Source: a bacterium (lineage in GTDB: Bacteria; Zhuqueibacterota; Zhuqueibacteria; Residuimicrobiales; Krinioviventaceae). From it: a stretch of DNA of 64,000 nt. A program made the position numbers and the translations under genes. The DNA lies in assembly GCA_963675755.2 (NCBI GenBank), contig CAXXMD010000003.1, positions 1,888,001 through 1,952,000 of the forward strand. Direction: 5' to 3'. Below the pieces are notes generated by a model, which made no database searches, had not been told where the DNA came from, and saw only the letters and a list, made by a program, of their open reading frames with translations. Position 1 is the stretch's first letter; each line of letters begins with the position of its first letter. Below, in pieces: positions 1 through 10,897 of the stretch.

Positions 1-216
1 GTATTTATGAATGTTTTGGGGTTTGGGGAGACTGAATTAAAATTCAAATCAGAAAATTTCTTTTATAAAGAGAATAATACCATTCAATTTATGCAATAAT
101 GTGACCTATAGCATTTTTTTTTCTTACAGATTTACTAACTTGAAACGGAATTAACAACGACCCAAAAATGTTTGCATTTATGGGTTACTAATATTCTAAC
201 AAAATGGAGAGTTGCA

Positions 217-3200
217 ATGAAATTTAAAAGACTGATTTTTTCATCAGCGGTATTGTTGTTACTGGGAATATGGATGTCTGGATTTGCCGCACAAGTTGCT
301 CCCCAGGCCAAAAATATTGCTGAAAATATAACGGCAACAACGAACTCGATGGATTTTAAAGCAGTCCAACAGTCTCTGAGTGCTGCTGTGGGTCCGCTCG
401 ATCGTTCGTTGATAAATTCACTAAAGTCAGGCGCTACTCGTCTGCAAATTGATAAAGATGTTCAGGAAAACAGCACGCCTGATTTATTGGTGCCTCAGTT
501 TACCCGTGCTGTATATGAACTGGCGGCAAAAAGTTCTATTGCTGATGTTTATCAACAATTCACTGAACAAGAACAGTTGAAAACTATTGATGCCGATGGT
601 GGAATAAGCGGTACTGTTCTGGTTGATGGGAGCTCATTTGAAAATGAGGTGCTGATTATAGCGTTTGATGCATTCGGATACTATGCCGGTGTAGCAATGC
701 TGGACTATTATGATACAGAGTATGAAATTGCAAACTTGCCGGATGGTGAGTATTATGTGTTGACATTGAGCCAAACATTCGTCGATGAGATTTATGATAA
801 TATACAGGCTCCATTAAGATCTCTTGAAACCTGGCGTTCTGCAACAACAGTAACTGTAAGCGGTTCTGTTGTAACGGGTATAGATTTTGATCTTCAATCC
901 GGTGCAATGATCAGTGGAGTTATTTATCAGGCTGATGGTGTAACTCCTCTCGAGTGGGATGGTGTTGATATAATCGTAACCAAAGCAAACTCACCCATGC
1001 AGGTTTCTTATCAATATATCTATACTGATGGAACGGGTGCATTTGATGAATTAATGGTTCCATTTGTAGGAGATGTCAAGATACATGCATCCAGTTATGA
1101 TACAGATGGAGAGGCATGGTACCCTGATCAATTGGAATGGCAAAACGGTCAAACCATTTCTATTACCAGTTATGATGATGTCATTTCAGGTATTAATTTT
1201 AATTTACAAAATACAGGTTCTGAGACAGAGCTTACGGGTTCTGTTTCCGGAGCAATTACAGCAAGCGGAGCATTGTTTCCTCCCTTGTTGAGTATTGTTG
1301 TTGCCTATGACGCAGAAAATATGAGCTTTGCCGGTTTGGGTTTGGCTTTGCTTGGAAGTTATGTGATTGAAGACCTTCCGGTTGGCAGTTATTATCTTTA
1401 TGCAGATGATTATCTGGGCGAGTTGTTTGATTCTGATAATTATCTTGGCGAATTTTACAATAATGCGCATTTAATTGCTGATGCTACTCCGGTGCAGGTT
1501 TTGGAAGAGCAGGAAACAGGTAATATTAATTTCCAACTGGATGCTGGTGGTTCTATATCCGGTAAAGTTACAAAAGCTGGTGGTGCTGCACTTGATTCAT
1601 TGCTGATGATTGCTGTGAATGCAAATGTGCTTGGCGATACTGATGAGCCTTTTCCAGCTAGTTTGGGATTAGGAATTGCTTTCACTGATCTTTCTGGTAA
1701 TTACACATTTAAAGGATTGCCAACCGGTGAATACATTATCCGAACAATCTCTGATTTTTATATTAATTTAGATCTGAATAATCTGGATCTTGACAGTTTA
1801 GACAGTATCATTCCACCCGGAAAGCACAAAGGTCAGGTGGTTGATGAATATTATAACGACGTTACCGGAATACTTGAAATTGCTGATGCAACCCGTATTC
1901 CTTTAACAGAGCCACAGTCCGTAACCGGAATAAATATTGAACTGGCAGCAGGAAGCTTTATCAGCGGTTCTATTACTGATGCAGTAAGCGGCGATCCTGT
2001 ATCGAATGCATTGCTGGTTGCTGTTGATAGTGAAACCGGTTTCCCCAAATATTTTGTTGGCAATATCAGCAGCCTGCTGGGCATGGAAGACGAGCTGGAT
2101 CTGTCATTTATTATGCCGGGAATTATTGATGAAGATGGTTCTTATAGTTTGGGACCCTTACCCCAAGGTAGTTACAAGTTGTTTTTACTGCCGGGAGATG
2201 TTGACGGCAATCTTTATCTGCCTGAATTCTATGACAGTAAATCCAGTTTTGATGCAGCAACTGTAATCAATCTGGGTGCTTCTAACGCAACAAACGTCAA
2301 CTTTACACTTGATGTTGGTGCTATAGTTCAGGGTTATGTTGAAATTGCGAATGGCTATCCTGCAGGCGCAGATGAAATACAAAAATTCCCTGTTATCGTA
2401 TATGATACTGCAAATGGTGATGCCATTGCATACGACTTTGTACAGTTTAATGGTGGTTATAGAGTTGATTACTTGCCAGTAGGAAATTACAAAGTTGCCG
2501 CATTACCTTTGAATTCTGATTATGCTGTTACGTATTTGGGTGGCGGAACCTCATACAGTGATGCAAATTCAACAACACTGTCAATTGATTTTGGAGAGGT
2601 TCATACAGAAAATATCGTTCTGGATGCTGCAACCGGTTCTATTAGTGGAAACATTTCGAATATAGGCAATACATCCTCACTTTCAATGGTAACCGTTGTT
2701 GCATTTGATATGGGTGGACATATTGCAGGATTTGGAACCAGTGATTACAATATCCTAACCAATGAACATGCTGATACTGAAAGTGGTGATTACACAGTAT
2801 CCGGTTTAAGAAACGGCAGCTATTATCTCCGTACATTCAGCTATACTACTTTACTTGACCTTGTAAATGGTCTGGTAGGTATGGTGAATGGCGAAGACAG
2901 TGGTTTAGACTTGGATGTTCTGTTGAGTGGTGATCTGGATACGGGTATACTTGATCTTGAATTGGGAATGTATGCAGATGTTTGGTATCCCAATGTTCCC
3001 GTAGCAATTGATATGGATCTTGATCAAATCATGTTCAAGTTCCTCTATTATGGAATTTCAAGCATGTATGATAATGCAATTCTGCCGGTATATTTCCCGT
3101 TCCCATTCTATCAGAGTGTACCTGGTGGTGCAAGTGCGGTTACTGTTAGTGGTGGAGGAAACACCGGTAATATTAATTTCTTACTTGATGAAACTGATTT

Positions 3201-3528
3201 GATAACCATTCTGACGGATGTTGAAGAAGAAGATGCCGCACAGGTTCCCACAACATTCCAGGTAAATCAGAATTACCCGAATCCTTTCAACCCCAGTACA
3301 ACAATCTCTTTCCGCTTGCCTGAATACAGTCATGTTTCTGTAGAGATCTATGATACATTGGGTCGTTCAATCAATACACTGGCTGATGCAGATTTTCATC
3401 CGGGTATGCACAATGTTTCCTGGAATGGAAATAATTCTCAGGGTCAACAGGTTGCAGCGGGATTGTATTTTGCAAGAGTTAAAACTCCTGAAAACCAAAC
3501 GACCATTAAAATGTTGTTTGTAAAATAA
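217..3528 (+). CDS. Secreted acidic repeat protein (about 7 carboxypeptidase-regulatory-like beta-sandwich repeats) with C-terminal T9SS type A/FlgD-Ig sorting domain
   Basis: ATG 217 follows GGAG and gives the signal peptide MKFKRLIFSSAVLLLLG. Repeats start G(S)ISGxV and end VTGINFxL. C-terminus QNYPNPFNPSTTISF...GLYFARV...IKMLFVK. Confidence 0.85.
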   Translation: MKFKRLIFSSAVLLLLGIWMSGFAAQVAPQAKNIAENITATTNSMDFKAVQQSLSAAVGPLDRSLINSLKSGATRLQIDKDVQENSTPDLLVPQFTRAVYELAAKSSIADVYQQFTEQEQLKTIDADGGISGTVLVDGSSFENEVLIIAFDAFGYYAGVAMLDYYDTEYEIANLPDGEYYVLTLSQTFVDEIYDNIQAPLRSLETWRSATTVTVSGSVVTGIDFDLQSGAMISGVIYQADGVTPLEWDGVDIIVTKANSPMQVSYQYIYTDGTGAFDELMVPFVGDVKIHASSYDTDGEAWYPDQLEWQNGQTISITSYDDVISGINFNLQNTGSETELTGSVSGAITASGALFPPLLSIVVAYDAENMSFAGLGLALLGSYVIEDLPVGSYYLYADDYLGELFDSDNYLGEFYNNAHLIADATPVQVLEEQETGNINFQLDAGGSISGKVTKAGGAALDSLLMIAVNANVLGDTDEPFPASLGLGIAFTDLSGNYTFKGLPTGEYIIRTISDFYINLDLNNLDLDSLDSIIPPGKHKGQVVDEYYNDVTGILEIADATRIPLTEPQSVTGINIELAAGSFISGSITDAVSGDPVSNALLVAVDSETGFPKYFVGNISSLLGMEDELDLSFIMPGIIDEDGSYSLGPLPQGSYKLFLLPGDVDGNLYLPEFYDSKSSFDAATVINLGASNATNVNFTLDVGAIVQGYVEIANGYPAGADEIQKFPVIVYDTANGDAIAYDFVQFNGGYRVDYLPVGNYKVAALPLNSDYAVTYLGGGTSYSDANSTTLSIDFGEVHTENIVLDAATGSISGNISNIGNTSSLSMVTVVAFDMGGHIAGFGTSDYNILTNEHADTESGDYTVSGLRNGSYYLRTFSYTTLLDLVNGLVGMVNGEDSGLDLDVLLSGDLDTGILDLELGMYADVWYPNVPVAIDMDLDQIMFKFLYYGISSMYDNAILPVYFPFPFYQSVPGGASAVTVSGGGNTGNINFLLDETDLITILTDVEEEDAAQVPTTFQVNQNYPNPFNPSTTISFRLPEYSHVSVEIYDTLGRSINTLADADFHPGMHNVSWNGNNSQGQQVAAGLYFARVKTPENQTTIKMLFVK

Positions 3529-3558
3529 TTGTGTTTTTACATAAAAATTGAGTATATT

Positions 3559-3589
3559 AAAGCCGGGCTTTTCCTTCCCGGCTTTTTTT
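3559..3589 (+). terminator. Rho-independent terminator
   Basis: AAAGCCGGG-loop-CCCGGCTTT followed by a T run, just after the stop at 3528. Confidence 0.75.
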
Positions 3590-3669
3590 ATTGATTAATG
3601 CTAAAGTATTCATTATTTTAACTTTGGAAATTGAACGAATTACCGGATCATATGACAGTATTTAATGTA

Positions 3670-6600
3670 ATGAAAAAGATTAGTTTATGGATACTGATAA
3701 CGCTGGTTGTTGTCGGTTCTGTGTCTGCAAAAGAAGAAATTACTATCATTGAAAAGTCAGATTCTTTCCTGAGGGGGAAAATTAATTTTCCTATACCGGA
3801 TATCCAAACGGTAACTCTGGAAAATAAAGAATTTTCTCATATTTCAATAGCCGACTATCCTGTTTTTGCTCAGAATGGAAAATATGCAATGCCCTATTTT
3901 GCCTTGTTGCTTCACATGTATGGCAAAGATGCAAGTATTCATATCCTTTCTGAAGTGAAAACGGATGTATCTATACTTTCACCTGAAGAATTTAAGCCGG
4001 ATATTGCTCTGGGCAAAGAGGGTAATGAAAATATTTCAGGTGAGATCCAAAGTGTTTCCGGGCAACCCGGATTGAGAAAAATCGGATCTCTTGAAGGAAA
4101 CGAGTTATGGGCGGCAGATTTTTTTCCATATTATTATAATCCTGCTAAAGAGGTTTTAACCGTCAGTACAGAGATTGTTTTTGAAATACGGTTAAATGCA
4201 AACTCTGGCGGCATACTGGTTCCCCAGGCGGAAAGAGAAAAAATAACTTCGCTGGGAGCCTTATCACTTGCATCTCGCAAGTCAACCTCTCCGGTTTCTC
4301 TGAGCAAGACCGCGGAGGATGTTTTTGAAAAATGGAAGCTACTTGTTGCTGAGGATGGATTTTATCATATTACAGGTTTTGATTTAAGCGAAGCGGGAAT
4401 ACGGCTTGCTGATGTTGATATCAAAAAATTAAAATTAACATCTGATGGAAAAATTGTTCCAATCTATGTACATGGATGGGAAGACGGCAGTTTTGATGTT
4501 GATGATTATTTTGAATTCTGGGGTGAATATCATCGTTACAAGCCGATTACATCTCTAACAGATATTTATACCGATCCCTATTCTTCTACAAATGTTTATG
4601 TGTTGTCATGGAATGCTGAACAAACCCAATGGATGGTTGATGAAGAAGCCCAGGTATCCAGCACTGCCGGAATTCAATATATTTCACCCACCTTTTTCCA
4701 TGATACTGTACACGAAGAAAAAGATGTGTATTTTGAAAGATTTGGTACCATTGCCAATGATGTAGAGCGGGACCATTGGTTTTATGATAGTGGTATCCGG
4801 TCTGGACAAAAACAGGTTTATACTGTAAATTTGTGGGACCCGGATGTTCAATCGACAGAAAGCATCGAGTGCAAAATCTCCATGAGTGGCAGAACCAGTT
4901 CTGATACTTTGATACATTCTGTTTCGGTTTATTTGAATGACAGCTATTTATACCAAAATCAATGGTGGGGTCAGAGTTTTATCGAAATGAATCTCGAGGG
5001 TAATAACGCACCCAGTGGCGTTGATCTTGAAAACGGAAGTAATACTATTTCTATATTGAATACTGGTGATCCGCAATATTTTGATTATGTCCTTTTTAAC
5101 TGGGCGGATATCACATATCCCCGTTTATACAGAGCCCATGAAAACCAATTAAAGTTTACTGTTCCCCGGTCTTTTGAACCGGGAACCTATGTGTTTAAAA
5201 TAGATGGTTTTGACAGACAGCAAGTGGATGTCTATAAAATTAATACAAGTAAAATGCTGGGTGTTGATGTTGAAGCTTATGCGGAAAGTAACAGCAAAAG
5301 AGATCTTTACAAGATCAGCTTTCAGGATGTGGTAACTTCGGCTGCAACAGAGTATGTTGCCGTAACTCAGGATGCCAAGTTGAAACCTGTTGCAATTGTT
5401 CAGGACGAACCCACTCAACTGAAAAGCTCACAGGTATCTGCAGATTACATTATTATTTCTCACCCAAGATTTCTGGATGTACCGGCAGTAGATGAACTGA
5501 TTGATCTAAGGCAGTCTCAGGGTTTGCAAACCTTAAAAATTGATATCAATGATATTTATGACGAGTTTAATCATGGCAAGATCAGTGCGCATGCCATAAA
5601 AGATTTTATCTCATACGCGTATCATAACTGGTCTGAGCCTCAGTTGAAATATGTTCTGCTTTTGGGTGATGGTTGTTACCTGCGTTATACGGAAGATGAT
5701 ACGCTTGATCTTGTTCCTGCATATATGCGTCAAACCTTTAAATTTGGTGCGGCTGCCAGTGATTACTGGTATACCCTGGTTGATGGTGATGATGAAATTC
5801 CGGATTTGAATATTGGACGAATTCCGGCAAGAGAACCAGAAGAAGCTGAAAAAATTATCAACAAGATTATTGCTTATGAAACCTCTGCTCCATCAGGAGA
5901 TTGGCGAAATCGTATACTCTATATTGGTGGAAATGATATCCTGTTCCGTCAGCAAGGACTTACCTTGTCGCAAACAGCACCCAAAGATTTAAATACGGAA
6001 ATGTTGTTTACCTACCGTGATCAAACATTGGCGAGTGACCCATATTTTGGCGGTACTCTGGATCTGCTTGATTATTTTAATAATGGCTGTACGGTTATGA
6101 CTTTTCACGGACATGGTGGTGGAGCTATTTGGGCGGATAATGGATTATTGCGTATTGAAGATGCTGACCAGATAAACAGCGACAGTAAACTTGCATTTAT
6201 TCTCAGTATGACCTGTTTTACAGGATCTTTTGAATCACCTTCACGAGAGTCTCTGGCTGACGCTTTATTATTCGCAGAGAACGAAGGTATTGTAGCTATG
6301 CTGGGTGCAAGTGGTTATGGATGGGAATTGAACGACTATTTGCTTGAACGGGAAATTCTTAACTATATGTACAAGCATCCCCATCAGACCATTGGTGAAA
6401 TAGTTAATGCCGGCAAAGTTTTGTATTATTCAAAATACAACCAGGTACAATCCAAAACAGAAATCAATCAATATCATATCTTTGGTGATCCGGCAACACG
6501 CCTTGTATTGCCAACGCAAAAAGCTGTTGTGAGCCTTGATTCACAAATTCTGCAAAAGGGAGAAATCTTTACGGTTAACGCGGAATTCCCCTTTTCAGAT

Positions 6601-8454
6601 GGAAGTGGTACAATTGCAGTGATTGACAGTGCAAAGAATGATGTTATGACCCGCGACTTTTTTATTGTTAACGGTAAAACTTCTTCACAGCTGGTTGTTG
6701 ATCCTGGTTTTGAGTCATTATCCGGGGCTGTACGTGTTTTTGCTGAAAATGATCTGGGCACAGAGCAAGCCAATGGTTCCGCTCTATTCTCATTGAGTCA
6801 GGTATTGTTTGATTCCTCACGTACTGTTATCTCTTCCTCAGACAGTATCCGTTACTTTGCCAAAATTATTTCATCTTTGGATTTAGATAGTGTCTTCTGT
6901 GTCACATTGGGTGATACCCTAATCATGTCTGCCCTTGATAATAATTGGTACAAAAGTGATCAAGGTATAAAGAATACGAATTCAATGGAGATCAGTTACC
7001 AGTTTATTGCCAAAACCACCAGTGGTAGAGTATATAAAAGTATCTATTATGTTGATGAAAAGAAAAAAGGCGCCGACCTTACTTTTGATTATCAGTCAAT
7101 AAAATTAACAGGGGAAACACAGGTAGAACTGTCTGCCCGGATTTTAAATTATGGTGATACAGATGCCTTTGACATACCTGTTCAATTCTATATCAGAAAA
7201 GATGACAGCTTGTGGCAGCCTTTGGTTAGTAAAACAATACAGGTTAACGCGTATTCATTTGCAGACATCTCTTTGCCGGTTGCATTACCAGCTGGCAGAC
7301 ATTTATGCAGATTGCAAATCGATCCGGATAGTTTGTACAGGGATACCAATTTTTATAATAATTTTTATAATTTTTATCAGCAGGTGGATCTGTTCAATTT
7401 TGTGCCGGGTACGGGTATTCAATACGGAACAAGCTATTTAGATACACTTGCCTTGGATTCAACTTTTACTTTATATGTACCCAAATCTGTTATGGCAGAG
7501 AATAGCGTGTTTGGTTTTGAAAAACAGAATTCTGTTGTTATTTATGAACAACCTGACTTTCAACCACTTTTTGATGTACCGGTTTATGATATTAACGTAC
7601 CTGGTATGGAGGGAGAATTTGTTAATCCTGTACAGGTTCGCTTTATATTATCAGATACGGTTCAATATATTTTAGATTCAACGGCAGTAGATTATTCAAT
7701 TTTTACATATTCAGATATTTCAAAAAAATGGAGCAGAGTAGAAACCGAAAAAGAAGACAGCTTGTTGACGGCTTCTCTTTATGCACCGGGTCTGGTAACC
7801 GTTCTGACTAGCCAGGATACACAGTTGCCGGATGTTGAGGTTTCTATTGACGGTCAACCTTATTCCAAAGATAAATATATTAGTCCTGATCCCAAGTTCA
7901 CACTTGTATTTCAGGATGACAATGGCATTCTGGTTGAATCTATCAAGGTCATTTTAAACGGTGCAGAACAAAGCATGCAGGATCTGGGCATTCCGGATAC
8001 GGTCTTGAATGCAAATCAGATAACAGCAAAGCTTACGCCAGACTTGACTACCGGCAGTCACACTATGAATGTACGGTGTATGGATTGTAATGGAAATTTA
8101 TTGATTTCTGAAGAATACAGCTTTAAAACTGCAGAGAAATTTGACGTGCAAATGCTGGGTAATTATCCAAATCCATTCCAGGAAGAAACACTGTTTGCAT
8201 ATTTTTTCACCATCCCGGTAGACAAGGTTGAATTGAAAATTTATACTGCATCTGGCAGGTTGATCAGAGATTTGAATCCACTGCTGATTAGCAGTGATCC
8301 CAATCCTTTAAGTGCGGATTATCATGAAGTCCAATGGGATGCGTTGGATATGAACGGAAATCAACTGGCAAATGGTGTTTATTTTTACAAATTAACGGTA
8401 ACTGCCAATGGCGAGACCAAGAAAATAATGGGCAAAATTGCAAAATTGAAATAA
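3670..8454 (+). CDS. C25-family (gingipain/PorU-like) cysteine peptidase with CARDB-like and C-terminal FlgD-Ig/T9SS domain
   Basis: ADYIIISH, IYDEFNHG, YVLLLGDG, SDYWY, IGRIPA, catalytic FHGHG and SMTCFTGSF, FGDPA; C-terminal NYPNPF...LANGVYFYKL. Start moved from 3631 to MKKISLW (signal peptide). Confidence 0.88.
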   Translation: MKKISLWILITLVVVGSVSAKEEITIIEKSDSFLRGKINFPIPDIQTVTLENKEFSHISIADYPVFAQNGKYAMPYFALLLHMYGKDASIHILSEVKTDVSILSPEEFKPDIALGKEGNENISGEIQSVSGQPGLRKIGSLEGNELWAADFFPYYYNPAKEVLTVSTEIVFEIRLNANSGGILVPQAEREKITSLGALSLASRKSTSPVSLSKTAEDVFEKWKLLVAEDGFYHITGFDLSEAGIRLADVDIKKLKLTSDGKIVPIYVHGWEDGSFDVDDYFEFWGEYHRYKPITSLTDIYTDPYSSTNVYVLSWNAEQTQWMVDEEAQVSSTAGIQYISPTFFHDTVHEEKDVYFERFGTIANDVERDHWFYDSGIRSGQKQVYTVNLWDPDVQSTESIECKISMSGRTSSDTLIHSVSVYLNDSYLYQNQWWGQSFIEMNLEGNNAPSGVDLENGSNTISILNTGDPQYFDYVLFNWADITYPRLYRAHENQLKFTVPRSFEPGTYVFKIDGFDRQQVDVYKINTSKMLGVDVEAYAESNSKRDLYKISFQDVVTSAATEYVAVTQDAKLKPVAIVQDEPTQLKSSQVSADYIIISHPRFLDVPAVDELIDLRQSQGLQTLKIDINDIYDEFNHGKISAHAIKDFISYAYHNWSEPQLKYVLLLGDGCYLRYTEDDTLDLVPAYMRQTFKFGAAASDYWYTLVDGDDEIPDLNIGRIPAREPEEAEKIINKIIAYETSAPSGDWRNRILYIGGNDILFRQQGLTLSQTAPKDLNTEMLFTYRDQTLASDPYFGGTLDLLDYFNNGCTVMTFHGHGGGAIWADNGLLRIEDADQINSDSKLAFILSMTCFTGSFESPSRESLADALLFAENEGIVAMLGASGYGWELNDYLLEREILNYMYKHPHQTIGEIVNAGKVLYYSKYNQVQSKTEINQYHIFGDPATRLVLPTQKAVVSLDSQILQKGEIFTVNAEFPFSDGSGTIAVIDSAKNDVMTRDFFIVNGKTSSQLVVDPGFESLSGAVRVFAENDLGTEQANGSALFSLSQVLFDSSRTVISSSDSIRYFAKIISSLDLDSVFCVTLGDTLIMSALDNNWYKSDQGIKNTNSMEISYQFIAKTTSGRVYKSIYYVDEKKKGADLTFDYQSIKLTGETQVELSARILNYGDTDAFDIPVQFYIRKDDSLWQPLVSKTIQVNAYSFADISLPVALPAGRHLCRLQIDPDSLYRDTNFYNNFYNFYQQVDLFNFVPGTGIQYGTSYLDTLALDSTFTLYVPKSVMAENSVFGFEKQNSVVIYEQPDFQPLFDVPVYDINVPGMEGEFVNPVQVRFILSDTVQYILDSTAVDYSIFTYSDISKKWSRVETEKEDSLLTASLYAPGLVTVLTSQDTQLPDVEVSIDGQPYSKDKYISPDPKFTLVFQDDNGILVESIKVILNGAEQSMQDLGIPDTVLNANQITAKLTPDLTTGSHTMNVRCMDCNGNLLISEEYSFKTAEKFDVQMLGNYPNPFQEETLFAYFFTIPVDKVELKIYTASGRLIRDLNPLLISSDPNPLSADYHEVQWDALDMNGNQLANGVYFYKLTVTANGETKKIMGKIAKLK

Positions 8455-8458
8455 ATCT

Positions 8459-9526
8459 ATGAAAAAGATAAAAATCCATAAAATATCAATTCGTTATTTA
8501 TTGTGTCTGTTGGTCCTGTTTGCATTTGCGAATGTAAATGCACAGGATGATACGGGTGAAAGTTCGGGGGGACGTTATGCCGGTGCATCGATGGAACTTG
8601 GCGTTGGAGCCAGGGCCCTTGCAATTGGCGGAGCTGCAACTGCAATGTCAGGATCTGCTGATTTGTTTCATTACAATCCGGCTTCTCTGGCGTTAATTAA
8701 AAATGCGGCAATCAGCTTAATGTATGCTCCTTCATTTGAGAGCTTTTCATCACCACTGGCTAATTATCATTATGCTGGCTTTGCTTATCCTTTACCGGGT
8801 GGAGGAACACTCGCATTGAACTGGACTCGTTTTGCTGTTGACGAGATACCCATTTATCCAAGCCCTAAAGGTAGTTCATATGCGGACCGTAACAGTGATA
8901 AATCCTTGCAGCCAACAGGTGAAGCGCTTGGCTATTTCAAAGATGTTGAAGATGTATTTTATATGTCATTTGCCAAGAATATTAAAGCCTACTTGCCGTT
9001 GGGTTGGTTGTATGAAGACGCTCCCATAGAAATTCCATTTGGTATGAACTTTAAAGTTTTGCGACAAAAGTTGTATGATGCCAGTGCGGCAGGATTGGGT
9101 ATAGATATCGGTGCTATGATCAAAGCCGATATGGCAAAAATATTTGATGAAAAATATCTGGGAGATTTTGCCATAGGTCTTTCAGGGCTCGATGTTTCAC
9201 AAACTGCCATTAACTGGGATACAGAGAATGAAACAACGGATCATGTGAAACGAACCTATAGTTTGGGAATGTATTATGGGCAAAAGCTATGGTTCTCGGA
9301 TGCGGTTGTGAATTTATATTGGACACGACGAAAAAAATATGACTTGAATGAACTATATGGTATGGAATTTATGTTAAAGGGGCTGGCGTTACGCTTGGGA
9401 CGGAATGAAGTGGGTATGACAACCGGTGCGGGTTTGCAATTCTGGAAGTTGATTGTTGATTATGCTTTTGTTTCCAATGAACTTGATGATGTGCATCGTG
9501 TCAGCTGTGCATTTTTGTTAAAGTAG
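8459..9526 (+). CDS. PorV/PorQ-family outer-membrane beta-barrel
   Basis: Signal peptide, LGVGARALAIGGA..A....LFHYNPASL motif typical of PorV/FadL-like barrels, GIDIG, C-terminal VDYAF...HRVS. Lies directly downstream of the C25 gene. Confidence 0.8.
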   Translation: MKKIKIHKISIRYLLCLLVLFAFANVNAQDDTGESSGGRYAGASMELGVGARALAIGGAATAMSGSADLFHYNPASLALIKNAAISLMYAPSFESFSSPLANYHYAGFAYPLPGGGTLALNWTRFAVDEIPIYPSPKGSSYADRNSDKSLQPTGEALGYFKDVEDVFYMSFAKNIKAYLPLGWLYEDAPIEIPFGMNFKVLRQKLYDASAAGLGIDIGAMIKADMAKIFDEKYLGDFAIGLSGLDVSQTAINWDTENETTDHVKRTYSLGMYYGQKLWFSDAVVNLYWTRRKKYDLNELYGMEFMLKGLALRLGRNEVGMTTGAGLQFWKLIVDYAFVSNELDDVHRVSCAFLLK

Positions 9527-9645
9527 ACTTTTTTACGCAAAAGAGAGCTTTTCCGGTATTATATTTTTATGTTGAAAATTGACTTGATTATTATTGATAT
9601 TTTTGTACCTTGTGATTTATAGACTTGAATTGTGGAGATAACTTT

Positions 9646-10854
9646 ATGAATTTTAAAAAGATATTGGTAGTATGCCTGGTTTGGTTTAGCAGCGCGCAAA
9701 TTGCCAGTGCGGTTGTAGTGAATGGAGGGGTTGGACTACCCCATACACGTGCTGCCTGGGTAGCTGAAAAGGGATATTTGACCGTTTTACCGCAAACACG
9801 TTTTTGGGGTAAAGTATCTAAAAATGAAACGGATGATAGCAATGCTTTTACCCTGTGGGTGATTCAGGGACTAGCAAGTGTAAATTATGGTATTAGTGAG
9901 CATTTTAGTTTCAATATTACACCTATTATGTATCAGGATATGAACCAGGGTGAAGACAATGATCAAATGCCATGGGATGCGTTTATGGCTTTAAAGATAG
10001 CAGGTTATGGTAAAGAGGACAGCCCTTTTAAATTTGGTGTTGAACTTGCATCTCGTCTGCCTATTGGTGAACGCCATAACGCTATTTATGAAGATTATAC
10101 CGCGGGTACTGTAGAGTGGGGATTTAATGGCTTGGTGAGCTATACCACTGACGTGCTTTTCCCAAAGGAAGGTTTTAACGCGCATTTGAATTTGGGTTAC
10201 TGGAACCATAATGATGTTGGAGAAACATTGCTTTTGGAAAATGAGTTAAATAGTTGGAAAACAAGACCTGATTGGGGTGATAAAACCAATTCTTACGTAA
10301 ATGTTGTTGATCCCAGTCAGGAATTTAGATATTCTCTGGGTTGTCAATTCCCAACCGAAGGTTTTGACTATGGCCTGGAAATTTACGGTAACAGCTGGAT
10401 TCAGGCTCCACCCAAAGCTGCTGCCAGTCGTGAAAGCTATACCTATTTGAATGCTAGTATTACTTATAAACCTTATAAATGGTTTGATTTTATTGTAAGC
10501 GGTGATTTGTCATTGTCATCAGATAATGAAGAAACCATTGGACCAAGAATGTCACAGCATGATCTGCCCAATTACAGTTCCTGGCGTATGAGTGTTGGAG
10601 CAAAATTTACATTATTGCCTACATCTATTTATAAAGTCAAGGAACGAGATGTTCTCATGCAAAAAGCGGAACAGCGTAGAGAGATTTTTGAACAGATCAT
10701 TAATGAACGTAAAGAAACGGAAACTGCTGAACAGGAATTGATAAGAATTCAACAGGAACGGGAAAAAGCGGAAAAAGAACTGGAACGATTGCGAAGAATT
10801 CTTGAAGGTAAAGAAGAACCCGAATCTCAGGAAAACAATTCAACTCAGGAATAA
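9646..10854 (+). CDS. Putative outer-membrane beta-barrel with C-terminal charged coiled coil
   Basis: GGAG before ATG 9646, signal peptide, amphipathic aromatic beta-strands, E/K/R-rich helical tail (EQELIRIQQEREKAEKELERLRRILE). Confidence 0.6.
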   Translation: MNFKKILVVCLVWFSSAQIASAVVVNGGVGLPHTRAAWVAEKGYLTVLPQTRFWGKVSKNETDDSNAFTLWVIQGLASVNYGISEHFSFNITPIMYQDMNQGEDNDQMPWDAFMALKIAGYGKEDSPFKFGVELASRLPIGERHNAIYEDYTAGTVEWGFNGLVSYTTDVLFPKEGFNAHLNLGYWNHNDVGETLLLENELNSWKTRPDWGDKTNSYVNVVDPSQEFRYSLGCQFPTEGFDYGLEIYGNSWIQAPPKAAASRESYTYLNASITYKPYKWFDFIVSGDLSLSSDNEETIGPRMSQHDLPNYSSWRMSVGAKFTLLPTSIYKVKERDVLMQKAEQRREIFEQIINERKETETAEQELIRIQQEREKAEKELERLRRILEGKEEPESQENNSTQE

Positions 10855-10857
10855 ATC

Positions 10858-10889
10858 AAGCGCCCTATTAAAGGGGCGCTTTTTTTTTT
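10858..10889 (+). terminator. Rho-independent terminator
   Basis: AAGCGCCC-loop-GGGCGCTT followed by a long T run. Confidence 0.8.
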
Positions 10890-10897
10890 AGAATGCC

